Shown: positions 1 to 12,359 of the stretch, piece by piece
Numbering within the stretch: position 1 is the stretch's first letter
Layout: every line of letters begins with the position of its first letter
Assembly: GCF_009914755.1 (NCBI RefSeq)
Contig: NC_060932.1
DNA from: the human T2T-CHM13v2.0 reference genome, Homo sapiens
Strand: one strand, 5' to 3'
DNA length: 64,000 nucleotides
Position numbers and translations under genes: made by a program
Notes under the pieces: generated by a model
What the model saw: only the letters and a program-made list of their open reading frames with translations
What the model was told of the DNA's origin: nothing
The model's database searches: none

Positions 1-49
1 TTCTAGCCCTTTTAATATTTTACTTCATTGTTTACAACGACTACATCAT

Positions 50-860
50 TGTTTAGTTATATGATCATGTATTAACCAATTCCCAACTGTTGAATGTTTA
101 GATTGTTCCCAGTGCTTTCAGTATTGTGTGAAATGATGACATGAAGAATTCTTTAGCTAAATTTTTGGCCACAGGAGTTAACTCCTTAGGATAAACTTCT
201 GGAGGTGAAGAGCATCTTGAAAATGCTCTGCAGAAGGGCTTTTTAATATTCACCAGCAATGTATGAGAAAGTCTGTTTCCTGAACCCAAACCAACACTGG
301 GTACCAAACACAAGTTTTTGTTACTTGTAGCCTCTCCACAATGCCTACACTGCATAGCATCTTTTTGTTTCAGTTTGCTTTGATTACTAGTGAGGTGGGA
401 CAATTTGCCATACGTCTATTAAATGTTTGTATTCTCTTTTCTGTGTATTGCCTGTTAATGTACTTTAGCCATTTTTGATTGGGGTTTTAAAACTCTTGTT
501 TTATTACAAATTTGTAAGATATTTTTGTTACTCAAGGAAATTAACATTTTATCTCATCACAAATATTTTTCATAACTTAAATTTACAAGTGTTTATTTTT
601 GCTGTTCTTTTTAAAAGCAGTTAAAAAAGCTTATATAATCAAGTCTGTTAAACTGCCTTTGCTATAGCAAGTCTTTATCCCAAATGTTATATAAAACTCA
701 CTAGTGTTTTCTTCTAGACTTAGATTTTTTTTTTTTGTATTTTAACATTTTAGTCTATCTGGAATTTATATTTGAAGAGATGTGAGGAAGAAATCTAAGT
801 TAACTATTTCTCTATGTATTTTGATTTGTCCTAATACTGGTTATTGGATAACACATCCTG
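50..860 (-). mobile_element. Ancient L1M (L1ME-like) 3' region
   Basis: Degenerate antisense L1 3' motifs (ccagcaatgtatgag, gattactagtgaggt, tctatctggaatttat). Boundaries approximate. Confidence 0.6.
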
Positions 861-1876
861 AAATGCATTTTAGAAGATGGATAAAATCAATGCTGAGGAC
901 CTATTCAGAAGGACAGTGATGCCAGAGCTAGTTATTCATTGAACTCATTCTGTGAGAAATGTCAGCCAATCTTTGGTAAGTATGAGTAATGCGAATTTGC
1001 AGAGGATGGAAAGATGAGACTTACTTCAATTCAGCAACTATTTATTCAACTTACCATGTGCCAGAATTGTTAGCAGTATAGGTGGAGGAACCAGCTGGTC
1101 ATACTCCCAGGATGGGATGAAGATTAACTTGATGTTTCTTTGGGACCACCTGGAAGAAAAGGAAAAATGAGGTGGGTAAGCCAGACACAGGGGTAGTTGT
1201 TGCAGGGCTCAAAAGCTGGACTGAAGAGTTTGGAAAATACCTTTACTACTGAGAATTCTAAAGTACATAGTCATAAAAATGATTTTTTTCTGCCTTAATA
1301 ATAGACTGGATTTTAGTAATTTAAAGATGTTTAATGGATAATATTAACAATGTGAAATAACCAAGAAGATTAAGCTAATGCCAGCTCAACTGAAATGTCA
1401 TTTGTTGAGAGGAGTAATCCTTAATGCCCTAATCTGTAGACTCATTAAGGATTTGGAAGAAATTATGAATGACTTTTTTCACTAACTGAATGAGGATTTA
1501 ATTAAGATATTCCTTTAATAAAAAGAGTATAGGGCAGCATTAAAGTAGATTTCAAGACTTTGGAAGGGGAAAGTTTGTTCTAAAAGAGAATCTATAGAGA
1601 AGACCCAGTTTTATAGCTCAGAAGCTATAAAAGAAATGACATCTTGATAGAGCTAAAACATGAAATATCCTGCAATTCTTTTCTCAGGTCAGAGCATGTT
1701 ATCATTAAGTACTTTGGTACAAAGTTCAATTTCTTGATTGTTCTTGTGGTTTTGTTCTATAATGCTTGCATTTCTTTAAGTTTATATAATAACTCCATTA
1801 GCCCAAGTATAATACATACATAGGGAAAATAATCAACTTTGAGCGTAAATCTAATATTCAGTATTTGAGAGCTGTC

Positions 1877-2091
1877 CTAGCCTGGGCAAGATGGCGAGAC
1901 TCCATCTTTACACAAAAAATTTTAAAAATTAGTTGGGCATGGTGGTGCAGGTCTATAGTCCCAGCTACTCAGGAGACTGAAGCAGGAGGATCTCTTGAGA
2001 CAAGGAGTTGGAGGCTGCAGTGAGCTATGATTGCACCACTGCACTCCAGCCTGGGCGAGAAAGTGAGACCCCATCTCAGGAAAAAAAAAAA
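1877..2091 (+). mobile_element. 5'-truncated AluJ
   Basis: agcctgggcaag...ggaggctgcagtgagctatgattgcaccactgcactccagcctggg, followed by an A-tail. Confidence 0.9.
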
Positions 2092-2321
2092 TTTCTAAAT
2101 TGGCCTACTCAACTCATCTAAGTTTGTTGATTGGTGCTGACTAATGGTGCCCTCTTCCCTGCTCCAGTTATCTGATTTTCTCTGATTACAAATCAACTAT
2201 AAATTATAAAATTATGAAGTCCCATTTCTGCATTCCCACTGGTACCTCAGCCTGTAGTATTGCCAATCACCCTACCCTTTTACCTCTTAAAATCTTATCC
2301 CTCACTTATGATTAGAATGAT

Positions 2322-2597
2322 AGCCTGGCACGGTGGCTCACACCTGTAATCCCAGCACTTTGGGTGGCCGAGGCAGGTGGATCACTTGAGGGCAGGAGTT
2401 CTGGACCAGCCTTGCCAACATGGTGAAACACCATCTCCTCTAAAAATACAAGAAAACTAGCTGGGCTTGGTGCCACACGGCTGTAATCCCAGCTACTCAG
2501 GAGCCTGAGGCAGGAGAATTGCTTGAACCTGAGAGCCGAGATTGCACCACTGCACTCCAGCCTGGGTGACAGAGCAAGACTCTGTCTCAAAAAAAAC
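2322..2597 (+). mobile_element. Alu (S-like) with a ~17-nt right-arm deletion
   Basis: Full left arm. The right arm reads gcttgaacctgagagccgag and lacks ggaggcggaggttgcagt. Short A-tail. Confidence 0.9.
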
Positions 2598-2623
2598 ATA
2601 TATTTTAAATCATTGTTTAATTC

Positions 2624-2927
<304 letters not shown>

Positions 2928-4472
2928 GAATTCTATTGTTGAAACTTTCGAGTGTATTTTGTATTTCTCTAAGTATGTCTTTCATTTCTAGAAGTTGTGA
3001 TTGTCTTTTCTTTATTATATATATTTCTTCGAAGATTTTTTCATTCATATCCTGTATTTAAAAAAAAAATCTCTTTAAGTCGGTTTTCACCTTTCTCTGG
3101 TACCTTCTTGAGTAGCTTAATAATCAACCTTCTGAATTCTTTATCTGGCGATTAAGAGATTTCTTCTTGGTTTGTAAACACTGCTGGAGAGCTAGTGTGG
3201 TCTTTTGGTAGTGTTATTGAACCTTGTTGTGTAATATTACCAGAATTACTTTTCTGGTTCCTTCTCATTTGGGTAGACTGTTTCAGTGGAAAGATCTGGA
3301 ACTCAAGGGCTGCTGTCCATATTCTTTTTTTTCCATGGGGTGATCCCTTGATATTGTGCCCTTTCATTTCCCCTAGGGATGGGGCTTCCTGAGAGCCAGA
3401 CTGCAATCAATGTTATTTCCCTTCTGGGTCTAGCCACCCTTTGGGGCTACTAGGCTCCTGACTGGTGCTGGAGAATGTCTGCAAAGAGTCCTGTGATGTG
3501 ATCCATTTTCAGGACTCCCAGCCATGAATACCAGCACCTGCTCCAGTGGAGGTGGCAGGGGAGTGAAGTGGACTCTGTGGGAGTCCTTGGTTATAGTTTT
3601 GTTTAGTGCACTGGTTTTCTCAAATGATGGTTATGCTAGCAGGGAAGTTGTCACCTGCTCAGAACCTCTGGTTAGCCAGGATGTTGCAGGCAATGGAATT
3701 GCCTGCAATGCAATTTCTGCATTCCCACTGGTACCTCAGCCTGTAGTATTGCCAATCACCCTACCCTTTTACCTCTTAAAATCTTATCCCTCACTTATGA
3801 TTAGAATGATAGCCTGGCACGGTGGCTCACGCCTCTAATCCCAGCACTTTGGGTGGCCGAGGCAGGTGGATCACTTGAGGGCAGGAGTTCTAGACCAGCC
3901 TTGCCAACATGGTGAAACACTATCTCCTCTAAAAATACAATGCAATGGAATGCAGGCGGTTGTTTTCTCCCTCCTTGCAGCAGGATTGTTCTGTTATCAG
4001 TTGCTTGAGTTGGTTGGCCCAGGAGGTGGCACTTTCAAGAGAGCACCAGTTGTGGTAGTAGAAGGGGGATGTAAGCTTGCCTTATGTTGGCCAGGATAAG
4101 TATTCAGGTTCCTTAGGTGATGGGCTGGGCCATAGAGCTCCTGAGTTTATGTCTTTTGTCTTCAGCTAGAAGAGCATGTAGAGAAAAACCATCAGGTCGG
4201 GGCAGGGTTAGGTGGGTCTGAACTCAGACTCTCCTGGGGTGGGGCTTGCTGCAGCCACTGTGGGGGATTGGCGGGGGTTCTCAGGTTATCAGAGTTATAT
4301 TCCAGGGAAAATTATGGCTGCCTCTACTGTGTCATACAGGTCATCAGGGAAGTTGGGGAAAGCCAGCGGTGACAGGCCTCACCCAGCTCCCATGCAGCCA
4401 GCGAGGTCAGTTTCACTCCTTCCATACCTCGCCAGCAGCACTGAGTTTATGTCCAAGCAGCCAGCATGCAGG
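2928..4472 (-). mobile_element. L1PB/L1PBa-type 5' UTR and ORF1 start, interrupted by a templated insertion at 3701-3957
   Basis: Matches the recalled L1PBa 5' sequence (ttctggttccttctcatttgggtagactg; ctcaagggctgctg; gcaaagagtcctgtgatgtgatcc). ORF-track 2860..3048 and 3152..3406 are ORF1-like. Confidence 0.75.
3713..3940 (+). repeat. 228-bp direct copy of 2224-2451
   Basis: Aligned by eye with 4 mismatches. Includes ~98 bp of non-Alu flank plus the Alu left arm. Confidence 0.95.
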
Positions 4473-4475
4473 GCT

Positions 4476-5362
4476 CTCTTTTTAGTTTTTTTGAGGAACT
4501 GTCATACTCTTTTCCATAATGGCTGTACCAATTTACATTCCCACCAACAATGTACAAGTGTTTCCTTTTCTCCACATCCTCACCAACACTTATTCATCAT
4601 TTTGATAATAGACATTCTAACAGGTATGAGGTAATATCTCATTGTGGTTTTAATTTGCATTTTCCTAATGAATAGAGATGTTGAGCATTTTGTCATATAT
4701 CTGTTGGCCATTCATATCTCTTCTTTTGAGAAATGTCTGTCCAAATCCTTTGCCCCATTTTTTACCAATTGTTTTCTTGCTATGGCGTTGCTTGAGTTCC
4801 TTATATATTTTAGATACAGGCCTCTTATCAGAAATTTGGTATATAGACACAAATGGAATACTATGCAGCCTTCAAAAAGAAGGAAATGTCATTCATGACA
4901 ACATGGATGGAACTGAAGGACATTATCTAAAGGAAATAAGCCAGGGACAGAAAGACAAATATCATATGAAGTCACATGTGGAAACTCAAAAAGGCAATTT
5001 CATAGATGCAGAAACTAGAAAGGTGGTTACCAGAGGCTGGGGGAGAGGGGGAGGAATGGAGAAAGGGGAAAGGTTGACCAAAGGGTACAAAGTTTCAGCT
5101 AGACTGGAGGAATAAGTTTTAGTGATCTCTTGCACTGCATGGTGAACACAGTTAATAATAATGTATCGTATATTTCAAAATTGCTAATAGGCTTTTAACA
5201 TTCTCACCACACACACACAAAAATGATAAATCATTGAGGTGATGGATATGTTAATTAGCTTGATTGAATCATTCTATAATTTACACATAGATCAAAAATA
5301 ACATATTACCCCATAAATATACACAATTATTGTCAATTCATAACAAATGAATAAAAAATAAA
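4476..5362 (+). mobile_element. L1MA-type 3' end with inverted 5' segment (4476-~4832 antisense, ~4836-5362 sense)
   Basis: Antisense ORF2 C-terminus (aatttacattcccaccaacaatgtac) is joined to the sense 3' UTR (aaagggtacaaagtttcagctagactggaggaataagtttt...) ending in an A-rich tail. Confidence 0.8.
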
Positions 5363-5369
5363 TATTAAA

Positions 5370-5505
5370 AGATTGCTGGGCCCACACATGGAGTTTCTGA
5401 TTCTGTAGTGTTGGGGTGGGGTCTAAGAGTCTGCATTTTTATCAGATTCCCATGTGATGATGCTAATGTGGTTGGGCCAGGGACTACTCTTTTACACTCA
5501 CTGTT
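5370..5505. mobile_element. MER5A (hAT-Charlie) fragment
   Basis: gattgctgggccc...gagtttctgattctgtag...ggggtgggg...ctgcattttt...gtgatgatgctaatg. Confidence 0.75.
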
Positions 5506-7879
5506 TTAGAGCACCTTCTTATACAAATTCTCAATGAAGAATCAAAGTGTTTTGTTCAACATTACAAAGCTAGTTAGTGACACAACTAGAAACGTCATCA
5601 TAAACTTCAGGAGTGGGTTTTCAAGGTAAGATATTTTGACTCTCAACCTGTGCTTTAAGACTATTTTCTCCTTAAATAAAAATTGATTTTGAAGTAATAT
5701 ATATATTTTCCCACACTTGTCAGTTATTTCTAAGGTATTGATAGGTTCCACCATTCACCCACTTATCCCAAATGGAAACTCGGACTGAATTCATGAATTT
5801 ATTCTTTTTATGTACATAATTGGTGATTTTCCTTAATATTTTAAAACGTTCCATCCTTTTCACTTTATCCCTAGAGCCACTGCTTTGATTTGGGACTTCA
5901 TTAGTTGTTTGCCAGAGGACAAAACAGTTTTCCTAACTTTTCTTTCTGCCTTGTCTAGGTTTGCTTTAATTCATTCACAAGTTTTCATATTCCTCTTTCT
6001 AAAAATCAAATCTGTCTTTTAATATACACCATTTCCTTTTACTGTAATTTGAATACATATTTTAAATTGTAAGTTTAAAAAATAAAAAGTAATAAAAAAT
6101 TGTTACAGCATTTTTCAAAATTCCAAAAACTATGAAGAAAAAAATAAAAATCAACCATAATTCCTCAGCACAGAGAGAACCATAGTTCATCTTTTGGTGT
6201 ATTTTCCTTTTATCTTTCTGTTGGTCACAAAGTTATATTTTTAAAATTTAATTTACTTTGTATTAAACAGCTTGAGATATAATTCATATGCCATGTAAGA
6301 CACTGATGTAAAGTGCACAGTTAGTGCTTTTTGGTATATTCACCGTTGTGTAACCATCATCACAATTTAATTTAGAACATTTTCATTACCCCCAAAAACA
6401 CTTCATAACCACTAACAATCATTCTCCGTTTATTACTCTCTGCTTTTACAGAGATACAGGCAACCACTAGTCTACTTTCTGTTTCTACAGATTTACTGAT
6501 TCTGGACATTTCGCATAAATGGAATCATACAATATGCGGTCCTTTGTAACTGGCTTCTTTCTCTCAGCATAATGTTTTCAAGGTGATTCCAGGTATAGCA
6601 TGTGCCACAACATCATTCCTTTTCATTGCCAAATATTTCATTGCATATCTATACCAAACTTTTTTATTCATTTGTCAGTTAATGGCTATTTTGGTTGTTT
6701 CCACTGCAGGCTATCATGAATAATCCTGCTATGTACATCCCTGTACATATTTTTGTATAGACATTTGTTTTCATTTTGCTTGGTTATATATCTAGGAATA
6801 AAATTGCTGGATCATATGATAACTCTATATTTAACATTTTGAGAAACTGTCAAACCATTTTCCAAAGTGACTGTGCCATTTTATATTTCCACCAACAATG
6901 TGTGAGAGCTCCAATTTCTCTACATCTTTGCCAGCCCTGGTTATTGTCCATTTTTGTTCTTGTTTTTTTAAATTACAGCCATATTTGTTGATATGAAACA
7001 GTATCTCATTGTGGTTTTGCTTTGCACTTTCCTAATGACTAATGATATTGAAGATCTTTTCATGTGCTTCTTGGCCATTTTAATATCTTTTTTGGAGAAT
7101 CATTTGTTTAAATCTTGTGCCAACTTTTAATTTTTTTAATTTTGGAGTTATAAGAGAAACATGTCTGCATATAATTCCCTGGTAAGATCAAATATTTTCT
7201 CTCATTCTGTAGGTTGTCTTTTTACTTTATTAACAGAATCTCTTAAGGCATAAAGGTTTCAATTTTCATGAAGTTCAATTTATGTATTTTGTTGTTGCTA
7301 GTGCTTATTGGTGTCATATCCAAGAAACCATTGCCTACCCCAAAGTCAAGATGATTGACGCCTGTGTTTTTTCTAAGAGTTTTACATTTAGATCTATAAT
7401 CTATTTTGAGATGACTTTTGTGTATGGTGTAAAGTAGGGCTCCAACTTTATTCTTTTGCAGGAAGATATCCACTTCTCCCATCATCATTTTTTGAAGACT
7501 ATTCATTTCTCATTGAATAGTATTGTTTCCTTTGTTGGAAATCAATTGACCATAAATGTAAGGGTTTATTTCTGGTCCCTCAATTTTATCCCATCAGTCT
7601 ATATGTCTGTTGTGTGTTAATACAACACTGTCTTGATTATTATAGCTTTGCAATAAGTTTCAAATCAGAAAATGTTAGTCACCCAGCTTTATTTTTATAT
7701 TTCAAGATTGTTTGGGTTATCCAGCCCCTTGCATTTTCATATGAATTTAAGGATTAGCTTGTCAATTTTTGCACAAAAAAGGAGCTTGGATTTGGATAGA
7801 GACTGCATTGACTCTCTAGACCTACTTGGGGAGTACTGCCATCTTAATATTAAGTCTTTCCATTTATTTAGATCTTTAA

Positions 7880-8223
<344 letters not shown>

Positions 8224-8278
8224 TAAGTCTTGCATTTCTTTTGTTAAATTTATTTGTAGGTATTTTATTGTTTTTGAT

Positions 8279-10767
8279 TTTTTATTTTCAACTTTTATTT
8301 TTAGTTCAGGGGTACATGTGCAGGATGTATAGACTTGTTACATAGATAAACGTGTGCCATGGTGGTTTGCTGCACAGATCATCTCATCACCTGGGTATTA
8401 AACCCAGCATCTATTAACTATTCTTCCAGATGCTCTCCCTCCTCCCCTAACTAACCCTCCGACAGGCCCCAGTATGTTGTTCCCCACTTGTATTCACATG
8501 TTCTCATTATTCAGCTCCCACCTAAAAATGAGAACATGTGGTATATGGTTTTCTGTTCTTGTGTTAGTTTGCTGAGGATAATGGCTTCCAGCTCCATCCA
8601 TGTCCCTGCAAAGGACATGATCTTATTCCTTTTTATGGCTGCATAATATTCCATGGTGCATATGTACTACATTTTCTTTATCCAGTCTATCATTGATGGG
8701 CATTTAGGTTGATTCCGTGTCTTTGCTATTGGGAATAGTGCTGCAGTGAACATACACGTGAATGTATCTTTATAATACAATGATTTACATTCCTTTGGGT
8801 ATATACCCAGTAAAAGAATTACTGGATCAAATGGTGCTTCTGCCTCTAGATCTTTGAGGAATCTCTAAAGTCTCTTCCACAATGGTTGAACTAATTTACA
8901 CTCCCACTAACAGTGTAAAAGTGTTCCTTTTTCTCCACAACCTCGCCAGCTTCTGTCGTTTCTTGACTTTTTAATAATAGCCATTCTGGTATCTCATTGT
9001 GGATTTGATTTGCACTTCTCTAATGATCAGTGATGTTAAGCTGTTTTTCATGTGTTTGTTGGCCACATGTATGTCTTCTTTTGAGAAGACATGTCTTCTC
9101 TGTGCATGTCCTTTGCTGACTTTTTAATGGGGTTGTTTTCTTTTTTCTTGTAAATTTGTGTAAGTTCCTTGTAAATGCTGGACCTTTGTCAGATGGATAG
9201 ATTACAAAAATTTTATCCCATTCTGCAGGTTGTCTGTTTACTCTGATGATAATTTCTTTTGCTGTGCAGAAGCTTTTTAATTAGATCCCATTTGTCAATT
9301 TTTGCTTTTGTTGCAATTGCATCTGGCATTTTCATCATGAAATCTTTGCCTGTGCCTATGTCCTGAATGGTATTGCCTATATTTTCTTCTAGGGTTTTTA
9401 TAGTTTTGGGTTTTACATTTAAGTCTTCAGTGCATCTTGAGTTGATTTTTGTATATGGTGTAAGGAATGGGTTCAATTTCCATTTTCTGCATATGGCTAG
9501 CCAGTTCTCCCAGCACCATTTATTAAATAGGGAATCCTTTCCCCATTGCTTGTCTTTGTCAAGTTTGTCAAAGATCAGATGGTTGTAGGTGTGCAGTCAT
9601 ATTTCTGGGATGTCTATTATGTTCCATTGCTCTATGTGTCTGTTCTTGTGCCATTACAATGTTGTTTTAGTTACTGCAGCCTTGCAGTATAGTTTGAAGT
9701 TGGGTGGCATGATGCCTCCAGCTTTGCTCTTTTTGCTTAGGATTGTCTTGGCTATTTGGGCATTTTTTGCTTCCATATGAATTTTAAAATAATTTTTTCT
9801 AATTCTGTGAAGAATGTCAATGGTAGTTTCATGGGTATAGTATTGAATCTATAAATTGCTTTGGGCAGTGTGGCCATTTTCACAATATTGATTCTTTCTA
9901 TCCATGAGCATGGAATGTTTTTCCATCTGTTTGAGTAAACTCAGATTTCTTCGAGCAGTGATTTGTACCTGTCCTTGAAGAGGTCCTTCACTTCCCTTGT
10001 TAGCTGTATTCTTCGCATTTCATTCTTTTTGTGGCAATTGTGAATTGAGTTCATTCATGATGTGGCTCTCAACTTGCCTGTTGTTGGTGTATAGGAATGT
10101 TAGTGATTTCTGCACACTGATTTTGTATCCTGAGATTTTGGTGAAGTTGCTTATCAGCTTAAGAAGCTTCTGGGATGAGATGATGGCATTTTCTAGATAT
10201 AAGATTATGTCATCTTCAAACAAAGATAGTTTGGCTTCTTCTCTTCCTGTTTGAATATGCTTTATTTCTTTCTCTTGCCTGATTGCCCTGCCCTGAACTT
10301 TCAATTCAATGTTGACGAGGAGTGATGAGAGAGTGCATCCTTGTCTTGTGCCAACTTTCAAGGGGTATGCTTCCAGCTTTTGCCCATTCAGTATGCTACT
10401 GGCTGTGGCTTTTTCATATATGGCTCTTATTATTTTGAGGGATGTTTCTTCAATACCTAGTTTATTGAGAGTTGTTAACATGAAACGATGTTGAATTTTA
10501 TCGAAGGCCTTTTCTGTGTCGATTGAGATAATCACATGGTTTTTGTCTTTAGTTCTGTTTATGTGATGAATCACATTTATTGATTTGCATATGTTGAACT
10601 AACCTTCCATCCAGGGATGAAGCCTACTTGATTGTGGTAGATAAGCTTTTTGATGGGCTGTGGGATTCAGTTTGCCAGTATTTTGTTGAGGATTTTTGCA
10701 ATGATATTTATCAAGGATATTGGCCTGAAGTTTTCTTTTTTGTTTTCTCTCTGCCAGTTTTGGTATC
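8279..10767 (-). mobile_element. 5'-truncated L1PA (about PA13-15), 3' UTR plus ORF2 RT/C-terminus
   Basis: ttagttcaggggtacatgtgcagg...gctgcacagatcatc 3' end. ORF-track 10020..10574 encodes decayed RT motifs ([32 protein letters not shown]). Flanked by tttttgat on both sides. Confidence 0.92.
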
Positions 10768-11237
10768 TTTTTGATATTTTAGATAAAATTAATTTGTTAA
10801 TTTTATTTTTGGATTCTTCATTGCTAGTGTATTGAAATACACTTGATTTTTGTATACTAATATTTTATCCTGAAACTTTGCTGAATTGACTTATTAGTAC
10901 TAATCATTTTTAAAATTGGATTCCTGAGGATTTTATACATACTAGATTGTGTCAACTGAAAACAAATAATTTTACTTTTTCTTTCCCAATCTGGATACAT
11001 TTTACTTATTTATTTTTTCTTGCTTAAATGCCCTGGAGAGAACAATGTTGAACAGAGGTAGTGAGAATAGACATTCTTGTCTTTCTCCTGATTTTATGTG
11101 AAAAGCCTTCAGTCTTTCATAATTAAGTGTGAGGTTAGTTGTGGGGTTTTCATAGATGTCTTGTATCGTTTTGAAGAAGTTTCCTTCTATCCCACATTTG
11201 TTCAGTTAATCACCACCACCTTATTTTAAAATCTTTA

Positions 11238-11530
11238 AATAGGGAAATGAAGGACTTCTTCAAGGTGAACTACAAACCACTGCTCAAAGAAATCAGAGGC
11301 GGCACAAACAAATGGAAAAATGTTCCATGCTCATGGATAGGAAGAATAAATATTGTGAAGATGGCCATACTGCCCAAGGCAATTTATAGATTCAATACTA
11401 TTCCCATGAAACTACCATTGACATTCTTCACAGTTTTAGAAAAAAACTATTTTAAAATTCATATGGAACCAAAAAAGAACTCAAATAGCCAACCACGACA
11501 ATCCTAAGTAAAAAGAACAAAGCTGGAAGC
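11238..11530 (+). mobile_element. Isolated internal L1P ORF2 fragment with no 3' UTR or tail
   Basis: Encodes NYKPLLKEI...[29 protein letters not shown], a canonical L1 ORF2 segment. Confidence 0.9.
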
Positions 11531-12359
11531 TCCTTCTGTTTTATCTCTACTCTTCACCTCCTAATTGTACTTCAAGGCACAGCTCAAGTGCTGGTAATTT
11601 CAAAAAATATGTAAATGCACTAGATCTGGCTTAAGCTCCCCTCTTATGTATTCTCATAACATAATGCACATATTTTCATGCTAGAATTAAACTTACTGCT
11701 CTGCATTGTTGATTTAAGTTTCTGCCTCTTCAAGTAGAGTAAATTTCTTATAGGCAAGGGCCTATAAGAAATCTTAGGTATCTTTTATTCACAAGGCCTG
11801 GAACCCACTCGGTAAATTGATGGACAGACAGATGTATGAATGTTGAGATTTATGCCATGTTTTAATTAAGCATACATAAATTAATAAAAATACTGACACA
11901 ATTCTAAAATTCTTAGCAGCCATAAAAAGCAAGAGACCCTAAGGGCAAATGGAGTTGTTCTAGGGCCTCTGGAATGTAAATTTGGGGAAAAATGATTGGC
12001 AAATTAAAAGGCATGTCAAGCAAAAAAAAAGATGTGGGAAGCTAGAGTTCTCACAGAACTTGTTTGTCTCTATTCCTGGAAATAATGCTCTATGACATAT
12101 CTTCCTAGGGATCATTATACTCCTCACCCACAATCCCCAATACCAGTTATTATATATTCTATTCAACTCAGAAAATATGGCAGGACATATGTTAAGTAAC
12201 CAGCCAGGTTCACATACAAAACAAGTGAGAGCTGTGGCCCGAGATCACAATAAACCAAGTTTCACCAACCGGTTAACGTACACACACGATTCAATGAGAT
12301 ATTAAAAACAGATAATTAAATACTAAAATGAACAGTATAGACAGTAGTTCAGTGGATGG

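Noticed and set aside
874-975. Possible 102-nt exon ending in strong donor TTG|GTAAGT
   Set aside because: The acceptor has almost no pyrimidine tract and the frame contains a stop; not distinguishable from background.
10020-10574. 184-aa reverse-transcriptase-like ORF
   Set aside because: Decayed L1 ORF2 in a 5'-truncated copy. The catalytic FADD reads FEDD and the frame is broken on both sides, so it is not a novel RT system.
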